In this document: positions 32,246-41,673 of the stretch, in pieces
Layout of the letters: the number at the start of each line of letters is the position of its first letter
Numbering within the stretch: position 1 is the first letter of the stretch
Assembly: GCA_965140785.1 (NCBI GenBank)
Contig: OZ223518.1
Coordinates: 98,479 to 162,478, forward strand
Source: an uncultured Ruficoccus sp.
Lineage (GTDB): Bacteria > Verrucomicrobiota > Verrucomicrobiia > Opitutales > Cerasicoccaceae
Direction: 5' to 3'
Length of the DNA: 64,000 bases
Translations under genes and position numbers: made by a program
Notes under the pieces: generated by a model
The model's input: the letters and a program-made list of their open reading frames with translations, nothing else
What the model was told of the DNA's origin: nothing
The model's database searches: none

Positions 32246-32779
32246 ATGAACAAAGCCCTCTTTCTGGACCGCGACGGGACCCTGACCTGGGACAACGGCT
32301 ACGCGCACAAACCCGAGCAGATCGAGCTCATCCCCGGCGTCGTTGATGCGCTCCGGCAGGTCCGTGATCTCGGCTATCTGCTTTTTCTTTTCACCAACCA
32401 GAGCGGAGTGGGGCGGGGGATGTTTACGCTGGACGACGTTCACGTCTGCAACGCTCACATGCTCGAACTGCTTGGGCTTGGGACGGAGCTTTTTACCGAC
32501 ATCTGCATCGCCCCCGAGCATCCCGACGACGAAAGCCTCTACCGCAAGCCCTCCCCGCGCTTCATCCACGAGATGACCGCCGCCCACACGCTCGACCCGG
32601 CGCAGTGCGCCATGGTCGGCGATCGCCCGAGTGACTGGGAGGCGGGCATCAACGCCGGTATCCGCCCCGTCGCCGTGCGTACGGGCAAAGACTTCGGCGA
32701 GGCCGCCACGGCCTTTATCGAAAAAAACGCGGTGGCCGTCTTCGACGACCTGACGGCGTTCGTGGCGACGCTGGGGTAG
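32246..32779 (+). CDS. HAD-IIIA phosphatase, GmhB-like
   Basis: FLDRDGTL, TNQSG, RKPSP and MVGDR.SD. Confidence 0.88.
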   Translation: MNKALFLDRDGTLTWDNGYAHKPEQIELIPGVVDALRQVRDLGYLLFLFTNQSGVGRGMFTLDDVHVCNAHMLELLGLGTELFTDICIAPEHPDDESLYRKPSPRFIHEMTAAHTLDPAQCAMVGDRPSDWEAGINAGIRPVAVRTGKDFGEAATAFIEKNAVAVFDDLTAFVATLG

Positions 32780-32798
32780 GGAGGCGGATTTGTGCCGA

Positions 32799-33518
32799 CT
32801 ACGTCTTGGGCGTCTTCACGCGCTTGAGGCTGACGAGTTGAAAGGTGCCACCCGCGTACATGCGTAGGGGCTTGGGGACGGCAATCCGTTTGATCCCTAA
32901 AAACGTGTAGACGGACGCGGCAAGAAGAAGGCCATGGACAACGATGCTAAACCAGACTGAGACCGACGTGTTGGTGACTGGTGTTGAAAACTCTGGGAGT
33001 AATAACAGTAGTCGGAAGACCGTTACTACCGCAGTAAGGCCTGTTAACACCAAGCCTAGCTGTATCGACAGGCGGCGTAGCCAATAGCGGTCAGCCCAAC
33101 GGGGATCGAGTCGGTGGCTGGTGTTGAATTCGAATTTATCGTAATCGACAAAATGCAGGAGCAAGCCAAGGTGAGAAAATAACCCGATGAGATAGGCCAG
33201 ATCGCTGCCTCCACCGCTCTGGCCTTTGTACCTCTTTCGCCATCTGGCTATGTATTCGCTGTTTTCGCTGCTGATTTCATTCTCAGCAGTAGCCGTATAT
33301 TTCGCGATGCGGGAAAACGTCAGGTAACGCTCCGCCTCGTCAAGTTTGGCCCTGTTGAGCATTTTCATCAGTTTCCCTTCACAGAGCAACCGCGCGCGCT
33401 CAGCCATCAGCATCTCGTCTTCAGGAGTTGGGGGAGGACGACCTCTTAGCGAGACCCATGCCATGGCGCTAACGCTATGCCGTCCGAAATGACTTGGTAA
33501 AGCACAATATATCCCCAT
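32799..33518 (-). CDS. Hypothetical membrane protein (lower GC; start uncertain)
   Basis: 239-aa ORF with two clear C-terminal TM segments; atypical codon usage. Confidence 0.5.
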   Translation of the reverse strand: MGIYCALPSHFGRHSVSAMAWVSLRGRPPPTPEDEMLMAERARLLCEGKLMKMLNRAKLDEAERYLTFSRIAKYTATAENEISSENSEYIARWRKRYKGQSGGGSDLAYLIGLFSHLGLLLHFVDYDKFEFNTSHRLDPRWADRYWLRRLSIQLGLVLTGLTAVVTVFRLLLLLPEFSTPVTNTSVSVWFSIVVHGLLLAASVYTFLGIKRIAVPKPLRMYAGGTFQLVSLKRVKTPKT

Positions 33519-33694
33519 GGAGCCTGGAAGCTGGGGTTGGCGTGTGGCTCCATCGGTGGCACATTTTTGATGCTCCTCAGCGTTGACGGAAAAGAGCGTT
33601 GCTCTTTTCCGTCAACGCTGACGCGATGCGTCAGCATCGAAAGTGCAGGCTTGCCTGCCGCGGGTGTGGGCTGTGTAAGCCCACTGCTGTTTGC

Positions 33695-35470
33695 CTACAT
33701 GCGCTCCAGCGGGGTGATGCCGAGCAGGCGCAGGCCGGTCTCCAGCGTGGAGACGGTGCGGGCGCAGAGCATGAGGCGGCGGGCGCGGATGTCGGCTTCG
33801 TCCACCACGACGCGGTTGGCGTTGAAGAAGGTGCTGAAGTCCCCGGCCAGCTCGTACAGGTAGGTGCACAGGTGGTGCGGGCGCAGGTCGGAGACCGCGA
33901 GTGTGACGGCCTCGGGGAAGAGCATGAGCTTGCGGGCGAGGGCCAGTTCCTCCTCGGTTTCGAGAACGGAGGCTTCGGCTTCGGTCGCCGGGTCGCCGGG
34001 GATGGCCTCGGCCTTGCGGAAGATCGAGTGCACGCGGGCCACGGCCATGAGCAGGTAGGGGGCGGAGTTGCCCTCGAAGGCCAGCAGCTTGTCCCACGCG
34101 AAGACGTAGTCCTGCGTGCGGTTCTGCGAGAGGTCGGCGTAGCGGACCGCGCCCAGGCCGACGGCGCGGGCGATGGTTTGCTTTTCCTCCTCTGAGAGGT
34201 CGGGGCTCTTTTCATCGACGATGGCGCGGGCGCGGTCGATGGCCTCGTTGAGCAGGGCCTCCAGGTAAATGGGCTCGCCGGAGCGGGTCTTGATCGCCTT
34301 GCCGTCGTCGCCGAGGATGGCGCCCCACCAGACGTGGTCGAGCTTGGGCAGCGGGTAGCCTTTCTTTTCGAACCACTTGCCCGCGGTCAGAAAGAGCTGC
34401 TCGAAGTGGTCGCGCTGGCGTCCGTCGGTCAGGTAAACGACTTCGTCGGCTCCGAAGTGCTCGCGGCGGTAGAGCAGGGTGGCCAGGTCGGTCCCGGCGT
34501 AGTTGCTGGCGCCGTCCTTTTTGCGGACGATGAAGGGCTGCTCGTTGAAGCGCGGGTGCTCGGGGTGGAAGACCACGAGCGCGCCGTCGCTCTCCTCAGC
34601 CAGACCGGACTCGGAAAGCTCGTCGTAGATGCGCTGCACCTTGTCGCGGTAAAAACTCTCGCCGAGGGTGACGTCGGGCTTCACGCCGAGCATGGCGTAA
34701 ATGCGCTCAAAGGCGCGGTTGCTGGTGGCGACGATTTTTTCCCACAGGGCGGTGTTCTCGGGGTCGCCCTCCTGGAGCTTGACCAGCTCGGCCCGGGACT
34801 GGTCGCGGACGGCGCCGGTCTCGTCGGCCTTTTCCAGCGCGGTGCCTTCCTTATAGAGGCGTTCGATCTGGGCCAGGGCGTCGTCCCCGGCGGCGTCGAG
34901 GTCGTAGCCCTCGCGCTTGATCGCCATGATGAGCGTGCCGAAATTCGTGCCCCAGTCGCCGAGGTGGTTGTCGCGGATGGTCTTGGCCCCGCAAAAATCG
35001 ATCAGGCGCGCCACGGCCTCGCCGATGACCATGGGGCGCAGGTGGCCGATGTGCATCTGCTTGGCGGTGTTGGGGGAGGGGTAGTCAACCACCACGGTTT
35101 TGCCGGCCAGCAGCTTGCCGGCTCCCTGGGCGAAGTTCGACTCGTCGCGGAACTTCTGGATCCAGGCGAACTTGTACGCGGGTGAGAGCGTGATGTTGAG
35201 GAAGCCCGGCCCGGCGATTTCGAGGCTGGCCTGTCCTCCGGCGAAGAGCGGGGCGGCGGTGAGCTTGTCGGCCAGTTGCTGGGCGAGGGCGCGGGGGTTG
35301 GTTTTCTTGCGCTTGGCAAAGGGCAGGACGCCGTTGGCCTGGTAGTCGCCGAAGCGTGCCTCGGCCGGGCGCACGCTCGGCTCGAAGGTTTCATCAAAGT
35401 CTGCGCAGGCGGTTGCCGCCTCGGAAATGAGGCGGGCCAGCTCGCGGGCCGTATCGAAGGCAATTTCCAT
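33695..35470 (-). CDS. argS: Arginine-tRNA ligase
   Basis: SPNTAKQMHIGHLR, NHLGDWGT, KTRSG, EGNSAPY and terminal ERM. Confidence 0.98.
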   Translation of the reverse strand: MEIAFDTARELARLISEAATACADFDETFEPSVRPAEARFGDYQANGVLPFAKRKKTNPRALAQQLADKLTAAPLFAGGQASLEIAGPGFLNITLSPAYKFAWIQKFRDESNFAQGAGKLLAGKTVVVDYPSPNTAKQMHIGHLRPMVIGEAVARLIDFCGAKTIRDNHLGDWGTNFGTLIMAIKREGYDLDAAGDDALAQIERLYKEGTALEKADETGAVRDQSRAELVKLQEGDPENTALWEKIVATSNRAFERIYAMLGVKPDVTLGESFYRDKVQRIYDELSESGLAEESDGALVVFHPEHPRFNEQPFIVRKKDGASNYAGTDLATLLYRREHFGADEVVYLTDGRQRDHFEQLFLTAGKWFEKKGYPLPKLDHVWWGAILGDDGKAIKTRSGEPIYLEALLNEAIDRARAIVDEKSPDLSEEEKQTIARAVGLGAVRYADLSQNRTQDYVFAWDKLLAFEGNSAPYLLMAVARVHSIFRKAEAIPGDPATEAEASVLETEEELALARKLMLFPEAVTLAVSDLRPHHLCTYLYELAGDFSTFFNANRVVVDEADIRARRLMLCARTVSTLETGLRLLGITPLERM

Positions 35471-35645
35471 TCCTCAAGGGAACAAGTCACGCGCGGGCGC
35501 GGGGTCAAGCGAGGAATCCATCTGGGGCCTCCAATGGCTCCAAAATGGCCGTTTCGCAAAAAAAACTCGACAAAAGACCCCTTTTCTGTCTAAGATTAGC
35601 GGTTTATCATACAGTCAGCGTACACGTTGACCAATACCTAAGTTC

Positions 35646-36983
35646 ATGGCAGAGAAAACCTTACTTGCGTCGCGGAAGTTCATCAAGCCCTCTTTTTCGT
35701 ATTTGATCGAGAAAAAACGGGATGGGGGAGAGTTCAATGAGGAGGAGATCCGCTTCATTGTCGATTCCATTCTGGATCGGGAAATGCCGGAGTTTCAAAT
35801 GGCCGCCCTTGCGATGGCCATTTACTTCCAGAACATGTCCGCCCAGGAGACGGCCACCTTCGCCGAGGAGATGATGCTCTCTGGCGAGGTCATCGACCTT
35901 TCCAAAATAACCAAGCCCAAGATCGCCAAGTATTCCACCGGCGGCGTGGGTGACAAGACCTCCCTCGTGTTGACTCCGCTGGCTGCCGCCTGCGGCGTGG
36001 TCATGCCCGCCATGAATGGCGTGGACGAGAATTTCGTCATCAGCACGCTGGACAAGCTCTCGGCCGTGCCGAAGTTCAAGGCGGACATCGACTTGAAAGA
36101 ATTTGTCAAACTGCTCAACACCGTCAACTGCGCCATTGTGCAGCAGCACCCGGAAATCTCTCCGGTGGACGGCATTCTCTATGAGCTGCGCCAGAACACG
36201 GCCACCATCCAGAGCCTCCCGCTGATCACCGCCAGCATTCTGAGTAAGAAGCTGGCCGAGGGCGCCGAAGGGCTCGTGGTTGACGTGAAGTGGGGCAATG
36301 GCTCCTTTGTCAAGGACCTCGAACAGGCCAAGCAGCTCGCCCGCAGCATCACCCGTGTGGGCCGCAGCATGAAGCGCCGCTGCGTCGCGCTCGTGACTGA
36401 CATGAACCAGCCGCTCGGCGACACGGTCGGTACCGCGCTGGAACTGCGCGAGGCCATCGACCTGCTCAAGGGCGAAGGCCCCGAGGACCTGAAGGAACTC
36501 GTGCTCAAGCTCGGCATGGAGATCGTCCGCCTGGCCGGTGTGGCCGGCTCGACCCTCTCGGCCAAGCAGACCGTCCAGAAGCACCTCAAGGACGGTTCCG
36601 CGCTGGAGAAATTTAAGGAAATGCTAGAGGCCCAGGGGGGCGATACCTCCGTGATTGACGATCCGGATAAGTTCCCGACCGCCAAGTACATCCGCAAGCT
36701 CCCCGCCCCCAAGCGCGGCTACGTGCACACCATCAACGCCGGCATGATCGCCCGCGGCGTGCACATCCTGGCCAGTTCGAAGAAGGGCAAGCTCGACCCC
36801 GCCGTCGGTGTCTCCGAGATCAAAAAGGTCGGCACCCAGGTCAAGCAGGGCGAGCCGCTCATGATGATCCACTACAACGACGAGTCCCGCCTCGAAAGCG
36901 CCTTGGAATACCTGCGCAGCGCCTACCGCCTCGCCCCCAAGCGCCCGAACCCGCCGGAGCTCATCGTCGAGCGCGTCGCCTAG
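35646..36983 (+). CDS. Thymidine/pyrimidine-nucleoside phosphorylase homolog (divergent active site)
   Basis: IEKKRDG, STGGVGDK, TLDKL, ASILSKKLA, DVKWGNG and TDMNQPLG. Confidence 0.85.
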   Translation: MAEKTLLASRKFIKPSFSYLIEKKRDGGEFNEEEIRFIVDSILDREMPEFQMAALAMAIYFQNMSAQETATFAEEMMLSGEVIDLSKITKPKIAKYSTGGVGDKTSLVLTPLAAACGVVMPAMNGVDENFVISTLDKLSAVPKFKADIDLKEFVKLLNTVNCAIVQQHPEISPVDGILYELRQNTATIQSLPLITASILSKKLAEGAEGLVVDVKWGNGSFVKDLEQAKQLARSITRVGRSMKRRCVALVTDMNQPLGDTVGTALELREAIDLLKGEGPEDLKELVLKLGMEIVRLAGVAGSTLSAKQTVQKHLKDGSALEKFKEMLEAQGGDTSVIDDPDKFPTAKYIRKLPAPKRGYVHTINAGMIARGVHILASSKKGKLDPAVGVSEIKKVGTQVKQGEPLMMIHYNDESRLESALEYLRSAYRLAPKRPNPPELIVERVA

Positions 36984-37006
36984 GTGCGTGACCGCACGGG
37001 ACAATA

Positions 37007-37046
37007 AGGGGCTGCGCCCCTACGCGGCCAGAAAGGCCGCTACCCC
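37007..37046 (-). repeat. GTAG double-hairpin REP, left arm of a 40-bp perfect IR
   Basis: Exact reverse complement of 37552-37591. Confidence 0.9.
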
Positions 37047-37073
37047 TGTTTGCCACAAAACATCATTTAAACG

Positions 37074-37100
37074 AAACCCCGCCTGATGGCGGGGTTTTTT
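37074..37100 (+). terminator. Intrinsic terminator after the phosphorylase gene
   Basis: AAACCCCGCC-TGAT-GGCGGGGTTT followed by a T-run. Confidence 0.8.
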
Positions 37101-37171
37101 CGTGTCACGGATGTGAGGGGAGGGTGCGTTATGGGATTGATGCAATGACGGAATAATCCTATGCAGTCTCC

Positions 37172-37441
37172 ATGACTATCAACATCGATCGCAAAGCCGT
37201 CGCCGGGGCTGTTATCTGCCTGGGCGCTCTGTTCTTCGCGCTGGGGGCGGATAGCCCGAGCGCTTCCTCCGCCTCCGCTCCGGCCCCGAAGTGGGCGATC
37301 TGCGGTGTGCCCGGTTCGGTGGGCGACGCCTACATCATCAATCAGCAAACCGGCAATCTCTACTACATGCAGCGAAAGGCCAGCATCGGCTCGAAGAAAA
37401 TGAAGCTCCAGCTGCTTGGCAGCATTACCGACGCCGAGTGA
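37172..37441 (+). CDS. Small exported hypothetical protein
   Basis: 89 aa; signal-like segment (AVAGAVICLGALFFALGA) and beta-rich AYIINQQTGNLY; has its own terminator. Confidence 0.65.
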   Translation: MTINIDRKAVAGAVICLGALFFALGADSPSASSASAPAPKWAICGVPGSVGDAYIINQQTGNLYYMQRKASIGSKKMKLQLLGSITDAE

Positions 37442-37478
37442 GGCCGACGGTGACCGAAGCCGTTGTTTCTCTTCACAG

Positions 37479-37510
37479 AAAAACCCCGCTCGGTCTGAGC
37501 GGGGTTTTTT
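37479..37510. terminator. Bidirectional intrinsic terminator
   Basis: AAAAACCCCGCTC-GGTCT-GAGCGGGGTTTTTT between convergent genes. Confidence 0.8.
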
Positions 37511-37551
37511 ATTTTTAAAGCGATCGCTCTGGGGGCGATTCTTCCGTTGCC

Positions 37552-37617
37552 GGGGTAGCGGCCTTTCTGGCCGCGTAGGGGCGCAGCCCCTCACTGCCAG
37601 CGGGTGTAACCTGCCTA
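37552..37617 (+). repeat. GTAG double-hairpin REP, right arm, plus GCGGGT..ACC hairpin module
   Basis: GGGGTAGCGGCCTTTCTGGCCGCGTAGGGGCGCAGCCCCT. Confidence 0.9.
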
Positions 37618-38172
37618 GGCGCGGCCGAGGTAGTCGCCGGTTTCGGTGCTCACCCGGATGATCTCGTCCTGCTTGATGAAGAGCGGGACCTGCACGCTGA
37701 GGCCGCTCTCGGTGGTGACGGGCTTCTGCACGTTGCTGGCGGTGTCGCCCTTGATGCCTTCGGGGGCGTCCACGACCTTCATCTCAACGGCGGCGGGGAG
37801 GTTGACCTCGACCGGCTTGTCGTCGACCAGCAGGATATCATAGACCTTGTTCTCGATCAGGAACTGGGAGATTTCATCGCAGATTTCCTTGGGCAGGACG
37901 GAGTCCTCGAAGGTCTCGGGGTCCAGGAAGTGGTAGCCCATGTCATCGATGTACGAGTACTCGAGCTTGGCCGTCGTGGTGTGGCAGAAGTCGACGCTGT
38001 CGGTCGAGCGGAACTTCACAGTGGTGGACGAGCCGGTGTTGAGATTGCGCAGTGTGACCTGCACGAAGCCGGCCTGGCGGCCTTGCGTGCGGTGCTGCAT
38101 GTCCAGAACGAGGTGGGGGGCATCCTGGTAGGTGAGGACGCGGCCCTTGCGGATTTCGGTGGGTGATGCCAT
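37615..38172 (-). CDS. efp: Elongation factor P (EF-P family)
   Basis: TEIRKG, QGRQAGFV loop, PEGIKGDTA and VQVPLFI...GDYLGRA. Confidence 0.93.
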   Translation of the reverse strand: MASPTEIRKGRVLTYQDAPHLVLDMQHRTQGRQAGFVQVTLRNLNTGSSTTVKFRSTDSVDFCHTTTAKLEYSYIDDMGYHFLDPETFEDSVLPKEICDEISQFLIENKVYDILLVDDKPVEVNLPAAVEMKVVDAPEGIKGDTASNVQKPVTTESGLSVQVPLFIKQDEIIRVSTETGDYLGRA

Positions 38173-38316
38173 AGGGTTCTTTGAGGGAAAAGGCGGATCA
38201 ATGGGTGAAAACCGCCCCGGTGTCAACGCCGGTTTCATGACAGGAGCGGGCAACACGTTCTTTACAATTGCCACGAAGGCCCTAAGTTCAGACCTTTACA
38301 CGCATTTCCCGACCGC

Positions 38317-39647
38317 ATGAAGCAACGCAGTATCCTCCGAGACGCCAGTATCAAGGGCAAAGCCCTGCATACCGGCGAGGAAGTCAACCTCACCCTCAAG
38401 CCCGCCCCGGCCAATCATGGTATCGTTTTTCCGGCGGGTGGACCTCTACGGCAAGCCCGAGATCAAGCCCGACGTTTCTCTCGTGAGCGAACTGGTGCGC
38501 AGCACGACGATTTCCAGTGGCCACACCAAGATCCACACCATCGAGCATGTGCTCAGCGCGCTCAACGGCATGGCGGTGGATAACGTGCTGATCGAGATGG
38601 ACGCCAGCGAGCCGCCCATCCTGGACGGGTCAGCCAAGCACTACGTCAACCTCATCCAGCAGGCCGAGCCGGTCGAGTTGGACGCCGAGCGGGACTTTAT
38701 CGAGCTGACCGAGCCGGTCTCGGTCACCAGCGGCTCCAGCTCGGTCATCGCGCTGCCCTACGACGGCCTGAAAGTCACCTGCACCAGCGCCGACGACCGC
38801 GGCATCCACACCCAGCACGTCTCCATGGACATCGATCCGGAGAGCTACGTGGCCCAGATCGCCCCGGCCCGGACCTTTACCATTTACGAGGACATCGAGG
38901 AATTGCTCAAGCTGGGCAAGATCCAGGGCGGCAGCCTCGACTCGGCCATCGTGATCAAGGGCGACAAAATCCTCTCCAAGGAGCCCCTGCGCTTCAAGGA
39001 CGAGTTCGCCCGGCACAAGATCCTCGACGTGATCGGGGACATCTGCCTGCTGGGCAAGCCGCTCAAGGCCCACATCATTGCCGTGCGCACCGGTCACGCG
39101 CTCAACGCCCGCCTCTGCGAGGCCATCGTCAAGAGCCTGAACAAGTCCAAGACGACAAAGACCGAGCGCGGCCCGCAGCAGGTCCTGCCCGGCGAGACCG
39201 AGCTGGATATCCGTAGAATTCTCGACACGCTCCCGCACCGTTATCCCTTTGTCATGATCGACCGGGTGATCGAGATCACCGACAACGGCGACCGCCTGGT
39301 GGCGATGAAAAACGTCACCTACAACGAGCCGTACTTCCTCGGGCACTTCCCCGGACAGCCCGTCATGCCGGGCGTCTTGCAGGTCGAGGCCATGGCCCAG
39401 TCGGCCGGCATCCTGATGCTGCGCCGGATCAGCTCGGAGAACAAAATCGCCTTCTTCATGAGCTGCGACAAGGTCAAGTTCCGCCGCGCCGTGGTGCCCG
39501 GCGATCAGATCGTGATCGAAGTCCGCCTGACCAAGAACCGCGGCAACCGCATCGGGCGTGGCCGAGGGCGTGTGCAAGGTCGGCGATAAGGTCGTCTCCT
39601 CCGCCGAGTTGATGTTCACCATCGCCGAGGCCGGCGGGGATATGTAG
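38317..39647 (+). CDS. lpxC/fabZ: Bifunctional LpxC/FabZ (two frameshifts)
   Basis: [20 protein letters not shown] and RHKILD (LpxC), then LPHRYPF and [19 protein letters not shown] (FabZ). Confidence 0.95.
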
Positions 39648-39738
39648 GCCGGGAAGTTTGAGCGTTTGAAAGTTTGGAGTTTGAAAGTTGTCCATGAAAT
39701 CAGGTTGTACGACGCAAGGGACGGATGAGGGCTCCGGG

Positions 39739-40506
39739 GTGATTCACCCGACGGCGATCATCGAAAAAGGGGCCCAGCTCGACGCGGGCGTCTCGGTCGG
39801 CGCCTACGCCTACATCGGCAGCGAGGTCAAGCTCGGGGCCGGCACGATTATTTCCCACCACGCCACGGTGGAGGGCAACACGTCGATGGGCCGCGAGAAC
39901 CAGGTCTTTCCTTACGCCTACATCGGGGCGAAGACGCACGATCTGAAATTCAAGGGCGGCAATCCCGGCCTGACCATCGGCGACCGCAATGTTTTCCGCG
40001 AGTACACCAACGTCCACCTGGCCACCAACGACGAGGAGTTCACCGTGGTCGGCTCGGACAATGTCGTGCTGGCCTACAGCCACATCGCGCACGACTGCAT
40101 CATCGGCGACCGCCTGGTCATGAGCAGCCACTCGGCCCTCGGCGGGCACGTGGTGGTGGGTGACCACGTCGTCATTGGCTGGGGCGTGGGGGTGCACCAG
40201 TTCTGCCGCCTCGGCGCGCATGTCATGGTCGGCGCCTGCTCGAAGGTTGTGCAGGATGTGCCCCCGTACATGATCGCCGACGGCAACCCCGCCGAAGTCC
40301 GCACCATCAACAAGGTTGGCCTCGAGCGCCGCGGCTTCACCGCCGAGGATATTGAGCTGATCCGCGGCATTTACCGGCTCTTTTACCGCCAGGGGCTCAA
40401 CCGCTCGCAAGCCCTGGAGCAACTCAAGGCCCATCCGCAGGCCGATTCTCCGCTCGTCGCCGCCGTGCTGGAGTTCACCGCCCGCAGCGAACGCGGCTTC
40501 AGCTAG
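39739..40506 (+). CDS. lpxA: UDP-N-acetylglucosamine O-acyltransferase (start could be up to ~45 nt upstream)
   Basis: IHPTAII, hexapeptide repeats, HIAHDC, VHQFCR, QDVPPY and [10 protein letters not shown]. Confidence 0.96.
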   Translation: MIHPTAIIEKGAQLDAGVSVGAYAYIGSEVKLGAGTIISHHATVEGNTSMGRENQVFPYAYIGAKTHDLKFKGGNPGLTIGDRNVFREYTNVHLATNDEEFTVVGSDNVVLAYSHIAHDCIIGDRLVMSSHSALGGHVVVGDHVVIGWGVGVHQFCRLGAHVMVGACSKVVQDVPPYMIADGNPAEVRTINKVGLERRGFTAEDIELIRGIYRLFYRQGLNRSQALEQLKAHPQADSPLVAAVLEFTARSERGFS

Positions 40507-40586
40507 GCGGGTTGTACCCGCTCATACTCCGGCCGAAGCAGTGATAAGGGGCAAGCCCCCTCCGCCGTCAGACAGGCGGCTACCCC
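40503..40586 (-). repeat. GTAG-type REP module at the lpxA stop
   Basis: GCGGGTTGTACCCGC hairpin; GGGGCAAGCCCC and CAGGCGGCTACCCC. Confidence 0.75.
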
Positions 40587-40780
40587 GGCGCGGGTATACT
40601 TTTAAGATGCGGGAGCCTGCTTGTCTCTCCGGGATAATATTCGATGGGGCTGGCTCAGAAAATCCTCTCCACCCCCGGGCTCCGGCGCCCCATCGACTCC
40701 GCTCTTACCCGGATAATTTTGCCGTAAGGTTTAGCCGGCCGGAGAGACTGTTGTTAGATCAACGTCTAACATATAAAACT

Positions 40781-41518
40781 ATGAGTCAAAATTATCCGAT
40801 CGAGAACAAAGTGGCCCTCATCACCGGGGCCAATCGCGGCATCGGCAAAGCCATTCTTGAGAGCTTCATCGCCCATGGGGCGGCTAAGGTCTATGCCGCT
40901 GTGCGCAATATCGAGAGCGTCCAAGCACTCGTCGATAAGTACGGGGAGAAAGTCGTCCCGCTCACCGTCGACTTGAGCAAGCCCGAGACGATCGCCTCGG
41001 CGGCCCGGCTCGCCACCGACGTTGAGGTACTGGTCAATAACGCCGGGGTATATAAAAGCGGTACCGTTCTGGAGGAAAGTGTCTTCGAGAACTGGGATTT
41101 CCACATCCGCGTGAATATCTTCGGGCTGATTTACATGGCCCAGGCTTTTGCGCCGATCCTCAAGGCCAACGGCGGTGGCGCCTTTGTGCAGTTGAACTCC
41201 GTGGTCTCGTTCAAGTCTTACGCGGGCGCGGATCTGTACACGGCCAGCAAGGCGGCTGCCTATAACGTTACCCAGAGCCTGCGCGAGCACCTGGCCGAGC
41301 AGAAAACGCTCGTGCTCAGCGTGCATCCGGGACCCATTGCCTCGGACATGAGCAGCGCGGCAGGGGTGGAGGCCATCGCCGAACCTCCTTCGCAGGTCGG
41401 GGAGGCCATTGTCGAGGCCCTCGCCAGCGGCGAGTTTCACGTCTATACCGACTCGGTCTCCCGCCAGATCGGCGAAGCCTATGAGAGCTTCGCGAAGACT
41501 ATCGTGGAGCCCGGTTGA
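40781..41518 (+). CDS. Short-chain dehydrogenase/reductase
   Basis: TGANRGIG, VNNAG, YTASK and HPGPI. Confidence 0.92.
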   Translation: MSQNYPIENKVALITGANRGIGKAILESFIAHGAAKVYAAVRNIESVQALVDKYGEKVVPLTVDLSKPETIASAARLATDVEVLVNNAGVYKSGTVLEESVFENWDFHIRVNIFGLIYMAQAFAPILKANGGGAFVQLNSVVSFKSYAGADLYTASKAAAYNVTQSLREHLAEQKTLVLSVHPGPIASDMSSAAGVEAIAEPPSQVGEAIVEALASGEFHVYTDSVSRQIGEAYESFAKTIVEPG

Positions 41519-41673
41519 CGCGCGATCGGGGGAGGAATGAACATCCGCCTTATAAGGCGGACGTTATCAGTAAGGGGACTGTTACGCGTAACAAGGGGGT
41601 GCCCTTGAACGCAGCAATCAACCCGTGCAGAAATGGATGAAGCCGTGTTTCTGTTGCACGCATTGTTTGCCCC

